Source: an uncultured Candidatus Babeliaceae bacterium (GTDB lineage Bacteria > Babelota > Babeliae > Babelales > Babelaceae). Taken from it: a stretch of DNA of 64,000 bases. The stretch lies in assembly GCA_963848615.1 (NCBI GenBank), contig CAWKEK010000005.1, forward strand, positions 48,007-112,006, read 5' to 3'. Positions 28,592-38,854 of the stretch are shown here, piece by piece (positions within the stretch are counted from its first letter, which is position 1; each line of letters starts with the position of its first letter). A program made the translations under genes and the position numbers. The notes under the pieces were generated by a model. That model was not told where the DNA came from. It did not search any database and saw only the letters and a list, made by a program, of their open reading frames with translations.

Positions 28592-29913
28592 ATGAAAATC
28601 TCTGTTGTTACGCTTTTCCTGACCTGTATAAGCCATTCTTTTCGACAAGTTTGGTCAAGCGTGCTCAGGATATGCGTATCATAGATACCGATCTGTATGA
28701 TCTTTTTGCGTATGCTGACCCTAAACAGCGCATCGATGGTCCAACCTTTGGTCATGGCGCTGGCATGGTTATCAAGCCTGAGATTATAGAGCGGGCTGTT
28801 ACAGATATTGAAAAGCAGCATGGTTCTGCCTACAAAATCTTCTTTTCGCCGCGCGGCAAAAAACTTAATCAAAAATCGTTACATGCGCTTTATGAACGTA
28901 TGCGTGCTCAAGAAAAAGAGCATATAATGCTTCTGCCTGCGCGTTATGAGGGTATGGACGCACGCATTGAAGATGAATACGCTGATGAGATTATCTCGAT
29001 CGGTGATTTTGTCTTAATGGGTGGTGATCTGCCGGCAATGGTTTTTCTTGAAGGGTTGCTTCGGTTGGTTCCTGCAATAGTAGGCAAATCAGAATCGGTT
29101 GAGCTTGATTCTTTTTCAGGGCCGTTCGTTGATTACCCAGAATATACCGCCCCGGTAGAATGGAAGGGCCGTCAGGTACCTGAGCTGCTCCGTTCGGGCA
29201 ACCACAAAGCTATCGCCGATTGGCGCCAGCAAGAGGTTGCGCGTGAGTCTGTGTTGCACCATTTTGATTGGGTACGTGCCTATCCAGATTTTAGTCCCGA
29301 GCAGGAACGGTTAGTTCAAAAGAATATACCCCATCACTATGTCGTTCTTATGCATAGCGACGTTCTTGTCTCAGAAGATAAAGTTACTACAAAAGTTGGC
29401 ACAACATCAGTTACTTCGCTTGATATTCATGATATAGCCCGTTCAGCGTTAACGTATGGTTTAAAAAATTATTTTATTGTTACGCCACTTGCAGACCAAA
29501 AAGCTATTGTAAAGACGCTTTTAGGCTTCTGGCAAGAGGGTCCTGGGATTTCTTACAATAACTATCGCCATGACGCGCTCAACCATGTTATAGTAGAAAA
29601 TAACCTTGAAAATGTTATTGAACAGATCACTCAGCGTGAACAAAAGACTCCCCTTTTAATTGCAACAGGGGCAAAAAATGATGCTCACCCTGGGACGATT
29701 ACTTTTTTTGACCAAGAAAAGGTCTGGTCTTGCGATCGGCCTGTTGTAATTATTCTTGGTACAGGAAGAGGCCTAACCCCTGAGCTGATTGCACGATGCG
29801 ACTATCGCTTGGTGCCGCTCGAGGGCTTTTCGCCCTTTAACCATCTTTCGGTACGTTCTGCTGCTGCCGTGATATTTGATAGATGGTTGGGTAAAAATAA
29901 GAAGACAGAATGA
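28592..29913 (+). CDS. trmD: tRNA (guanine37-N1)-methyltransferase TrmD fused to a second SpoU-like SPOUT domain; one frameshift near 28617-28620
   Basis: ATG at 28592 gives MKISVVTLF, then the frame must shift (observed TTCCTG, expected TTCCCTG) to continue PDLYKPFF...DGPTFGHGAGMV...ISIGDFVLMGGDLPAMV. The C-terminal roughly 200 aa carry VVIILGTGRGL and NHLSVRSAAAVIFDR. Confidence 0.85.
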
Positions 29914-29962
29914 AATTTTTTTAGTATAGTAATTAGGTAAAAAGTTATAATTAAGGACTATT

Positions 29963-30374
29963 ATGAAATCACCAAAATATACCAGAGAAACAATTAAAGA
30001 GCTTGGCCAGTATGATCGCGGCTTTCCAAAGTTCCAAGTTGGCGACTGCATCGAAGTTGCATTAAAAATTAAAGAGGGCGATAAAGAACGTCTTCAAATG
30101 TTTGAAGGTGATGTTATTGCTATGCATAAAAGCGGCGTTTCTTCAACATTTACTATTCGTAGAATCGGTGCTAATGGCATCTCTATCGAACGTATTTTGC
30201 CATTCTTATTCACCTGCAATAGATTCAATCAAATATGTTCACCAAGGTGATGTACGTCGTTCAAAATTATATTATATGAGAACACGTATCGGTAAAGCTG
30301 CGCGCGTTAAAGAAAAAGTTCTTACCAAAGAGCAAAAAAATGCAGCTCAAGCTCAAAAAGCAGCCGCTAAGTAA
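29963..30374 (+). CDS. rplS: 50S ribosomal protein L19 (one frameshift near 30204-30209)
   Basis: FQVGDCIEV...[17 protein letters not shown], then a frame switch to [25 protein letters not shown]. Confidence 0.85.
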
Positions 30375-30756
30375 GTGGTTTTCGCTTTGTTGTATCATAC
30401 TGTTGCCTGCTTGTTATAAGAAATTAAGTAATCATGCAGTCCATTATTATGATCAGCAACCTGAGCTGTCTAACGAAGCGCATCTTACAGATATCCCATT
30501 TCCTATTCAAGTAACCGCCCATGCACTCAGTGGTTCCAGCCCTGATTGCACAGGACTTACGTTTATAAGCACCTTTGAGCTACGTGATCTGGTTAAGTTT
30601 TATCAATTTGAGATGGAACGGCTTGGTTGGAAAGAATTACACCTTTTTAGTGTCGAGTCTGAAGTGCTTCTGGTTTTTGAGAAACCTCAAAAATTCTGTA
30701 CCGTTTCGATTCGCCCGGATAACCGAGTTATTATATTTTTTGGTGCTCGGAAATAA
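30340..30756 (+). CDS. Lipoprotein, unknown function
   Basis: Lipobox in [11 protein letters not shown]. The only in-frame start overlaps the rplS 3' end by 35 nt. Confidence 0.5.
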   Translation: MQLKLKKQPLSKWFSLCCIILLPACYKKLSNHAVHYYDQQPELSNEAHLTDIPFPIQVTAHALSGSSPDCTGLTFISTFELRDLVKFYQFEMERLGWKELHLFSVESEVLLVFEKPQKFCTVSIRPDNRVIIFFGARK

Positions 30757-30764
30757 AAATAGTT

Positions 30765-30794
30765 AAAGCCCTTTTTAAAAAGGGCTTTTTTTTT
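30765..30794 (+). terminator. Rho-independent terminator
   Basis: AAAGCCCTTTTT/AAAAAGGGCTTT hairpin followed by a T run. Confidence 0.75.
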
Positions 30795-30817
30795 AAATAA
30801 ATCAGCGGAGGGTTTCA

Positions 30818-31321
30818 GTGGTAAAAAGTAAAATATTTTTCGTATTCGTTTTTTTGAGTACGTTAAGTTTAGTAACGAGTTTCGTTCAGGCTGCGCAGGT
30901 AGTCGAGATAGAGAATCAAAGCTTTCAAGAATTACGGCTCTTTCTGCCTGCCGATGAGGAGAGGCAACCTATAATTCTGGAAAAGGCATTTGATAGTTAC
31001 ACGTCGATGTGTGCAGATATTCGTCTTGCTAAATTATATGCAACTCAGGCTGACGCTGTCGGTGGCATACGTCTGCCGGGGCTTCAGACGTCACGGCATC
31101 TTTATTTATTGCTTTTGAATAAGCAAGAAATGGATGACGGCAGTGTTAAACATATTATTCGAGTATATGACTGCCCAACTAGGAAAAAGAATGAGCGACT
31201 ACTTCTGACCCAATTAAAACCTGTCTGCATGCTTAAAGAAGACAAAGATGAATTTTCAATTATTATTGGTGAAAATGGCGCTATAAGGCCGGTAAAAAAA
31301 TTAATAAAAAAGCCCAGGTGA
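30818..31321 (+). CDS. Small secreted protein, unknown function
   Basis: GTG start. Leader IFFVFVFLSTLSLVTSFVQA. Confidence 0.5.
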   Translation: MVKSKIFFVFVFLSTLSLVTSFVQAAQVVEIENQSFQELRLFLPADEERQPIILEKAFDSYTSMCADIRLAKLYATQADAVGGIRLPGLQTSRHLYLLLLNKQEMDDGSVKHIIRVYDCPTRKKNERLLLTQLKPVCMLKEDKDEFSIIIGENGAIRPVKKLIKKPR

Positions 31322-31339
31322 AGAAAACCTGGGCTTTTT
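31311..31339 (+). terminator. Rho-independent terminator overlapping the stop codon
   Basis: GCCCAGGT-GAAGAAA-ACCTGGGC followed by T6. Confidence 0.75.
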
Positions 31340-31520
31340 TATTAGAAAAAATTAAAATTGAACGCGCATAAAAAAAACTTTTGCAAGAAGAAGTAACTTT
31401 TTTCATAATATTACCCCTTTGCCATCTAGGCGTCGAATTCGAGCGCCAATTGACAAATATAAAATTATATTTAAACTTACTAGTAGTGTAGATTTAACTA
31501 TAACAATGGGGTATTTAACG

Positions 31521-31904
31521 ATGAAAAAGATATTTCTTATTATCTGCGCATGGTTAAGCGCTATAAGCACGCTCAGCGCCATTTTGCCAGGGTTGCCCCA
31601 CACGACCGATATGGCTACGCTCAAACAGATGTTTGAAAAGAAAAAAGAAGATATTGCCCCTAAGCTTGAACAACTCAAGGCCCTTGTAGATCAGTATCAT
31701 ATGCAGGATGTTTTTGCTGAAGATTTTGGACATATCAAGCTCTATCTCAGTTTTAATGACCAAAGCAATGGCACACATGATGATCTTATAAAAAAATATC
31801 AGCTTGCTATTGGTATGTTGCAGTGGTACTCGCTGCAGGTGTCAGCTTGGTTGCACGCTCTTCAACGTGATGGCCAAGATTTTTATATCAGCTATTTAAA
31901 ATAA
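31521..31904 (+). CDS. Small secreted protein, unknown function
   Basis: Start set at MKKIFLIICAWLSAISTLSA (ATG at 31521). Confidence 0.5.
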   Translation: MKKIFLIICAWLSAISTLSAILPGLPHTTDMATLKQMFEKKKEDIAPKLEQLKALVDQYHMQDVFAEDFGHIKLYLSFNDQSNGTHDDLIKKYQLAIGMLQWYSLQVSAWLHALQRDGQDFYISYLK

Positions 31905-31929
31905 GTTACTAAATTTAATGGAGTTATCT

Positions 31930-32568
31930 ATGACAAAAAAACTATTTTCTTTCCTAGGCATGGCGCTTTTTGTATCTGTATTGACAACATCGAAGCTTTT
32001 TTGTGAGCGACAAGAGCTTGATGGCAAAAATTATCGCGCATTACGTTCGCCTTTGATCTCTATTACAAACTTGAGTAATCAAATCGTGACGTTTGCCGGT
32101 ACTGGCTATTGTGTAGATATTCCTGCAGCCCCAGAATGGAACTTTTTATATAACTATTTTTGTCCCCTTAACGGGTATACTACTACGGCTACGATTGAAT
32201 TCAGCGCCGTGGTTCCTGACCCTATAAAAAAAGGAATTCATCAATTTGCGACTATCAAAACATTAAACGGTACCTATACCTTAATTTATGATGCACACAC
32301 TAACACGTTGGCATTATATGATAGCCGTCAAGCATTTGTATCTTCTATAGTAGTTTTTGAAGGTATCACTGAAGAACTTGAACATTACAAAGCTGCGTAT
32401 TTAGATATAAATAAGGGTTGTGTTTATCGACTTAAAAAAACGTACAATCTAATTGTTAATTCTGACGGCACGGTTACATTAGCATCTGTAAGTAGCGGCA
32501 TAGCACTTATAGAGTTTGAAAAAGATACACGTATACATTTTAATGAACGTTATCAGGCCTCAGTATAA
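31930..32568 (+). CDS. Secreted protein, unknown function
   Basis: MTKKLFSFLGMALFVSVLTTSKLF leader. Confidence 0.5.
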   Translation: MTKKLFSFLGMALFVSVLTTSKLFCERQELDGKNYRALRSPLISITNLSNQIVTFAGTGYCVDIPAAPEWNFLYNYFCPLNGYTTTATIEFSAVVPDPIKKGIHQFATIKTLNGTYTLIYDAHTNTLALYDSRQAFVSSIVVFEGITEELEHYKAAYLDINKGCVYRLKKTYNLIVNSDGTVTLASVSSGIALIEFEKDTRIHFNERYQASV

Positions 32569-32585
32569 AAAAAATACACAAAAAA

Positions 32586-32617
32586 AGCCCCCGATTTATT
32601 TCAGGGGCTTTTTTTAT
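32586..32617. terminator. Rho-independent terminator
   Basis: AGCCCC-GATTTATTTC-AGGGGCT followed by T7 and preceded by an A run. Confidence 0.75.
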
Positions 32618-32801
32618 ATCTCTATTTCTCTTAAATTATCAAGACCATGAAAATTCGGATCTCTTTTATTGAGTTTCTGAAATTAAGCATCTGCCCATTA
32701 CGTAGGCGTATTGGTGGGGTTGTTGTCGATTTTTTAGATTGTGCCATGATTATAATTAGATAGTTCAAGTAATTGTTTTAGTTAACATAAGGATATATTT
32801 C

Positions 32802-33527
32802 ATGATATACAAAAAATCTATACTAACTATTGCAGCTTTTATAGGCACAGGCAACGTTTTTGGCTATTCCCATGAAGAATTGAAAAAAGACTCTTTAAGG
32901 CTCCTTGATATTGAAATGCAAGAAAAAGCAGGCGTTGAAGTAGACTTCTGGGCGGCTGAAGAAGAGATTTGTCAAAAATGGGCCACTGCACCGTACCAAG
33001 AATTAGACAAAATTATTAATAGAAATGATCGAAAAGTTTTTGATTTTCTCCAAGAAACTTTAACATTTAAAAAAGAACGGGATGCTAAAGAAGATTTATG
33101 GAAGCTTTTTACACAAGCAGTTAATAATCCTGAAATAGCTATCAATGCAAATCCAATTGTGATGGCCTGGGTTGAAGAAATAAAAAAGCCAACCTCAAAT
33201 TCTCAGAACTTTGCTTATTCACATGAAGATGAAGCGCGGAAGTTAGATAACAAAGTTATATATGAGTTTGTTAAACTTTTCAGCAAGCTAAAAAAATCAA
33301 AAAAAGATCTTTTTAAGGCATTTATTCTGAAATCACAAAAAGATTTATTTTTTGGTCGTTTAGATTGTGTTGAAATTACAAGAGATCTGCTTTTATCCCA
33401 ACGTAGAGCAGATATGGTAGATGCCCTAAATGATCAGCAACTTGCCTATTTAATTTTTAACTTCACCCTAGAAGATGCTCCTAGTATTGTAGATTGTTTG
33501 GTAGAGTTAATTCATTCATCATTATAA
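32802..33527 (+). CDS. Secreted protein, unknown function
   Basis: Leader SILTIAAFIGTGNVFG. Helical, Lys/Glu-rich. Confidence 0.5.
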   Translation: MIYKKSILTIAAFIGTGNVFGYSHEELKKDSLRLLDIEMQEKAGVEVDFWAAEEEICQKWATAPYQELDKIINRNDRKVFDFLQETLTFKKERDAKEDLWKLFTQAVNNPEIAINANPIVMAWVEEIKKPTSNSQNFAYSHEDEARKLDNKVIYEFVKLFSKLKKSKKDLFKAFILKSQKDLFFGRLDCVEITRDLLLSQRRADMVDALNDQQLAYLIFNFTLEDAPSIVDCLVELIHSSL

Positions 33528-33558
33528 TAATATCGTGCATTTTAATTTTAACTAAAAA

Positions 33559-33586
33559 AGCCCTCGAGATAATTGAGGGCTTTTTT
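33559..33586. terminator. Bidirectional terminator between convergent genes
   Basis: AGCCCTC-GAGATAATT-GAGGGCT, flanked by A6 upstream and T6 downstream. Confidence 0.75.
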
Positions 33587-33608
33587 GTTGCTTGGTTTTT
33601 AGAAGATA

Positions 33609-33995
33609 TTATGCAGCGGTTGCAGCGCGGGCCACCTTGCTATGGGTGTTGCTTTTAAGGGCGCTATTTTCAGCCTTAAGCTTTTTAATTTCTTTTTTAA
33701 GCGTTAAGACTTCATCAGAAAGCTCTTCAACTTCATGCTCGAGCGCTTTATTGTCCCTTTTTAATTTACGCATCGCTGCAGAATCACCGTTGTCCTGTGG
33801 GGCTGGTGCTTGCTGCACCGGCACTTGAACCACTTCGGTACGTGTTTGGCGCGGCTGTGAAATTGCGTTGCCGAGTATGCTGCCGCCTAATGCGCCACCA
33901 AATGCACCCCAGCCAGCTGAACCGTTACCTGCGTGTAGCGTTGCGCATGATACAATTAATAGAACGTCCATTAAAACATTTTTGAACCTGTACAT
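33609..33995 (-). CDS. Lipoprotein-like protein with glycine-zipper segment and C-terminal coiled coil
   Basis: Leader ending LLIVSCAT, then GNGSAGWGAFGGALGGSILGNAI, then heptads LEHEVEELSDEVLTLKKEIKKLKAENSALK. Confidence 0.55.
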   Translation of the reverse strand: MYRFKNVLMDVLLIVSCATLHAGNGSAGWGAFGGALGGSILGNAISQPRQTRTEVVQVPVQQAPAPQDNGDSAAMRKLKRDNKALEHEVEELSDEVLTLKKEIKKLKAENSALKSNTHSKVARAATAA

Positions 33996-34072
33996 AGGGT
34001 CCCCCTTTTAGTAGAAAAGCGTATTCTCTCCTTGTAAGTATCATAAAATTTGGGGACAAAGTTCAATAATTA

Positions 34073-34414
34073 TTACCGATCCATGAAAACAGTTACGTTA
34101 GCATAGAACTTTTGCGTAAGAAGTCCATCAAGGGCATCTATTTCTGAGATAAGTTCTCTTTCAAGAGAGCCAACAGCGTTGGTGTCTGAACTACTTTTTG
34201 CGTCTCTCAGTTTTTGCTCAATGTCTGCTATCACGTTTACAGCTTTTTCGATTGCTTTGTTGTCAGACGCATAGCTTTTGCTTGCTTGGGCTTGTTGCAA
34301 GATGTGGGCTATGCGCGCATCTTTTTGCCATTGTTGATGGTGAATAGTGGCTTCTTCAGCTACACATAAAAAAAAATAAGCACACAAAAAGACATTATGT
34401 AATAATTTTTTCAT
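34073..34414 (-). CDS. Small secreted protein
   Basis: Start set at MKKLLHNVFLCAYFFLCVA (ATG at 34414). Confidence 0.5.
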   Translation of the reverse strand: MKKLLHNVFLCAYFFLCVAEEATIHHQQWQKDARIAHILQQAQASKSYASDNKAIEKAVNVIADIEQKLRDAKSSSDTNAVGSLERELISEIDALDGLLTQKFYANVTVFMDR

Positions 34415-34435
34415 TAACAGCTCCATTTGATTTTT

Positions 34436-34621
34436 TCAATCTATCAAGCTTCTAAATTCTGTTCTTTTCGAGCAAGCCGCTGAGTAAGCTCCAAAACTCT
34501 CCAAATAGTTGTTGACGCGCGGGCCATGTGCTCTATCATGCTTACGTGACAGTTCATTTCCTCCTGACACGTTTAGGCTTAAAGCACTAATGAGCGATAA
34601 AGTAATTAATTTTATATTCAT
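34436..34621 (-). CDS. Very small secreted protein (61 aa)
   Basis: MNIKLITLSLISALSLNVSG leader. Short, so uncertain. Confidence 0.35.
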   Translation of the reverse strand: MNIKLITLSLISALSLNVSGGNELSRKHDRAHGPRVNNYLESFGAYSAACSKRTEFRSLID

Positions 34622-34636
34622 ACACTCCCTTAATAA

Positions 34637-36046
34637 TTAATTCTCTTCTTTTTGGATCTCTAGGTAATTAACCAATTTATTAATTTTACCGGCGCCTTGT
34701 AACAAAAGTACATCTCCATGATCTAGTCTATTACTTAAATTCTGCTTGATGGCGCTAAAGGTGTCATCAAGGGGGCAGTACGGAAATAGAAAGCGTAGGG
34801 TTTTTGGCCTTGAGCTCTGCAACAAAGCGCTCACTGGTAATATCAGCAATAGGGGCTTCACTTGCCGGATAGATATCAGTAATAATCAAATGATCGATCC
34901 TGTTTTTCTGTGAAAAAAGTTCGATAAAGTCGTTCCATAACCCGGCAGTTCGGCTATACCGGTGCGGTTGAAAGGCGACAACCAGTTTCCCTCTGTCCGT
35001 TTACGTGCAACGTTAAGCGTTTGTGCGATCTCGGTAGGGTGATGCCCATAATCATCAAAAACTAATGCCCCTTTATGAGTGCCCTTAAGGGTAAAGCGTC
35101 TGTCGATGCCCTTAAAATTAGCAAGCGCGCTTAAAATTGTTTGAAACGGGATATCCAGCTCCAGACAAACGGTAATAGCAGCAAGTGCATTTAAAAGATT
35201 GTGTCGGCCCGGCATGGTTAAATACAGAGCCCCAAGCGGTTGGCTTTCGCCACGTTTCCAGACCGTGCAGGTAGAGAAAGTTTTTTGTAGGGTGATATCT
35301 TGGCCAAAAATATCTGAGCTTGCCTTGAAGCCGTATCGGATTGTTTTAGTAGTTGTTAAGGGCAAGATAGCATCAATATGCTCGCTATCGTCACATAAAA
35401 TGGCTTTGCCGTAGAAGGGGATATTTTCAAGAAATTTTTTAAAGGTATTTTTAATATCTTCAATGTCGCTATAGACGTCTATATGCTCAAGGTCGATATT
35501 GGTTACCACAGCGATAGTGGGGTAAAGGCGTAAGAGCGATTTATCGCTTTCGTCAGCCTCGGCAACCAGAAAATCACCTTTTCCAAAGCGCGCATTACTT
35601 GAAATGTTTTTTAAGTGTCCCCCAATAATAACGGTTGGATCAGTTTGTGCCTCGATAAGAATATGAGAAATCATAGACGTTGTAGTTGTTTTACCATGGG
35701 CACCTGCAATAGCAACACTATATTTTGTCCGCATCAGCTCAGCCAGCATCAGTGCCCGTGATATCGTGGGAATCCCTCGCTTTTGTGCAGCAAGAATTTC
35801 TGGATTGTCTGCCTTAATAGCAGACGAATAAACCAAAATATCGATCGACGGGTCATGGCATGCAGCAGTGTTATTGCCCGCATAGACCGAGCAGCCAAGG
35901 TGTGTAAGGTCATAGACACTTTTTTGCTCAAGGTCGTTATCGCAGCCAGAGATGTGGTATCCCTGACTTTTTAAAATCGTGGCGATGCCGCTCATGCCGA
36001 TGCCACCGATGCCGATAAAATGGATATGATTTTTTTTCTTATACAT
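34637..36046 (-). CDS. murC: UDP-N-acetylmuramate--L-alanine ligase MurC (two frameshifts, at T3 34986-34988 and T5 34801-34805)
   Basis: [36 protein letters not shown]. After the shifts the sequence continues [14 protein letters not shown]...[14 protein letters not shown] and ...[12 protein letters not shown]. Confidence 0.88.
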
Positions 36047-36068
36047 GATTCAACGTTTTACGGGGTGT

Positions 36069-36102
36069 GCCTATCTGCCGTGCCCAAGCCATGCAGATAG
36101 GC
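36069..36102. promoter_or_regulatory. Perfect 10-bp inverted repeat with 14-nt spacer between the merR-like gene and murC
   Basis: GCCTATCTGC-N14-GCAGATAGGC. No flanking T run on either strand, so it is not a canonical terminator. Confidence 0.3.
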
Positions 36103-36114
36103 GATAAAAAGATA

Positions 36115-36543
36115 TTAAAGGAGCTCGCGTAACTTGAGTAATTTTTTCTGTAGCTGAATTATTTGCGTTGCAATATCTTCTGGAAGTTCAAGTGCGTGCT
36201 GTTTTTTACGGCGACCGTCTACAGGTTTTTCAGAGGCTTGTTCTTGTTCCATGGTTGTTATGCTGGAAGCGATAATATGTGCCTCATTAAGAACCTTTTG
36301 AGCGTTGTTTTTGTGCTCCTTAAGATACTTTTTAGCGCCAGATATGGTAAAGCCTTTACTGTATAAAAGGTCTTTAATGAGCTCAAATTTTTTGAGGTCT
36401 TTGTCATCATAAAAGCGTTGCCCGCCTTCAGATCTAAAGCCTTTTATACTGAACTCTTTTTCCCAAAAACGAATAACAAAACGTTCTACTTCTAGTTTTG
36501 TTGCAAGTTCGCCTATGCGAAATTTTTGCTTTGAAATTTTCAT
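36115..36543 (-). CDS. MerR-family transcriptional regulator
   Basis: N-terminal HTH FRIGELATKLEVERFVIRFWEKEF...GGQRFYDDKDL plus a C-terminal coiled coil. Confidence 0.8.
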   Translation of the reverse strand: MKISKQKFRIGELATKLEVERFVIRFWEKEFSIKGFRSEGGQRFYDDKDLKKFELIKDLLYSKGFTISGAKKYLKEHKNNAQKVLNEAHIIASSITTMEQEQASEKPVDGRRKKQHALELPEDIATQIIQLQKKLLKLRELL

Positions 36544-36665
36544 AAAGTGCTCCTTTTTAGCGTGTTCTTTTTATGCGCTTCATGCGCGTTACGTGCTAGC
36601 AGAATGTGGTTCTTCATGGTATCATATTTATAAATAACGTATATCATTTTTACCGGTAAAACCTC

Positions 36666-38247
36666 ATGGATACAAAACAATTGTTTATTTCTCTTTCATT
36701 TGCTCTTATTACTACCATGCTGATCAATTATTTTATTATTGATCGATTCATTACTAAAGATACTCAAGAGATTAAATCTGGACAAGCTTTTCATGTAACT
36801 CTCCCAGAGCAGATGAATAAGCCTCTTGCAACTGAAGTTAATTTTTTAGATGAGGATAGAGCTCTTTTTACAAAAAATCAACCACAAATTACTCATATAG
36901 CGACTCCGTACTGCGATATAGCTTTTTCATCACAGGGCGCAACGATAGAGCGCAGTGATCTGTAAAAAAGTAAGTGGTCATGTTGAAAAGGCTCTTGAAA
37001 TTATTACGCCCGGCGTTAACGGCACACCATACTCATTTCTTATTGCCTTTGATAAGCATACGCCCCTTAATTATCATCTGAAACATCAAGGGTATACCAA
37101 TGGCGTGCACACGCTTACCTATGAGTCAGTAAGCTCACTGGGCAAAATAACTAAGCAATACAACGTGTACGATTCAAATTACACCATCGACATGGTTGTT
37201 ACTATTGCGCCACATGCGCCGCTTGTGCCACGCATTATTTTCCCTGCGCCACAACTTGCTGGTGTAGAAAAAAATGCAACCTATGACCTTGCACTTATTA
37301 ATAATCAAAAAATTCATTACAGCGCCTTAAAGTTTCAGAAATCAGCGATAAAGCATTTGCAATGCCAACATTATCAGGATGTGCAGACCGTTATTTTGTT
37401 AATGCCCTTATAAAGAGCCACCCTGCGTTTGCCCAACGTTCTTATTTTGTTACACACCAACAAGAAAATTCGACCCATACTTTCTTAGAATGCATTGTCG
37501 AAGGTCCTGAAATTACCGAACCGGTAAACTATACGTTGTCATGGTACTGTGGCCCTAAAGAGTTTGAAACACTTGAAAAAAGTGACGACCGTTTAACAGA
37601 ACTTCTTGATTATGGCTGGTTCGCCTTGATTGCACGCCCGTTACTTGCAGCACTTAAATTCTTATATAATTTTGTTCATAATTTCGGTCTTGCGATTATT
37701 ATTCTTACCATTTTAATGAATCTGCTCTTGCTGCCCTTTACCTCACGCGGCGAAAAATCGATGCAAAAAATGGGCGATTTTAGCAAAAAAATGCAATATT
37801 TCGAACAAAAATATAAGCATGACAAAGAGCGTCTTGCGCAAGAAAAAGCTGAGCTTATTCAAAAGCATGGCAGCTTTGATGCTATAGGTTGCTTATCATT
37901 TGCGCTACAAATGATATTTTTTATTGGATTAAATAAAGTGCTTACCTCATCGGTAGAGTTGTATCAGGCGCCGTTTTATGGTTGGATCACCGATCTTTCA
38001 GCAAAAGACCCTTATTATATTTTGCCGTTTTGCGTATTTCTGGGGATTGTTGTGCCGTTAGTATTTAAGGCATCTGGCAGCAAATCTGATGTTCGTCAAA
38101 GTGCACTTACTTTTGGTATCGCCTTATTGATCTGCGGTATTATGGCGAAACTTCTCTAGCGGGCTTGTGCTTTTTATTTTAACCAATATCGTAACCCGTG
38201 TTTGTGGTTACAGCGAAATGAAGAAGACGTCTTATGTTAATATATGA
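36666..38247 (+). pseudogene. yidC: Membrane protein insertase YidC, at least 3 frameshifts (about 36955, 37362-37413, 38150)
   Basis: N-terminal TM, periplasmic domain, GWFALIARPLLAALKFLY, LLPFTSRGEKSMQKM. The last segment, LSSGLVLFILTNIV, is in a third frame ending at 38247. Confidence 0.8.
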
Positions 38248-38854
38248 ACGATCAGTTACCTACACTTACAAAATTATTAAAGCAGCTCCAGCAGGTGCCC
38301 TATTTAGCATCAAAAAATTTGTATCGCGTTGCGCACCATTTTTTACAGATGGATGCGCAGCGCTTGCGCAGTTTAATGCAACCTTGCAAGAGGCGCATGC
38401 GGGTCTTAAAAAGTGTGACATCTGTTGTGCTTGGCAAGAAAACAGGGCGGCTGCAGTTTTGCTGCTCGCCACGGCGGGATAAAGCACTAATATGTGTGGT
38501 TGAAACATGGTACGATTTGTATGCTATTGAAAAAACTGGCGGGTTCAAGGCGTTTACCATGTGTTAGGTGGAGCGATTTCGCCACTTGATGGCATTGCAC
38601 CAGAAGATCTTTCGGTGCCGCAATTGGTAAGCACGTCTGGCCTCAGGTTGTACAGAATTATTTTTGCGTTAAATCAAACGCCAGAAGGCGAGGCGACAGT
38701 CGTCATATATTGCACGAAAAATTAATCTGGCTTATCCACGAACGAACTATTTAAAATTACTTGTTTATCTCGAGGTGTGCCGGTTGGTTCTTCATTAGAA
38801 TCTGTTGATCGTGTCACCGTATTTAAAGCTTTAGCAGAAAGGCGTCTCTTTTGA
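38244..38854 (+). pseudogene. recR: Recombination protein RecR, at least 4 frameshifts
   Basis: Pieces in different frames: [100 protein letters not shown]. Confidence 0.75.

Noticed and set aside
32631-32747. 38-aa minus-strand ORF (MAQSKKSTTTPPIRLRNGQMLNFRNSIKEIRIFMVLII) in the 233-nt gap before 32802
   Set aside because: No Shine-Dalgarno sequence and no recognisable family, and it is very short. It does end next to the bidirectional terminator at 32586-32617, so it may deserve a check, but I cannot support it as a gene.
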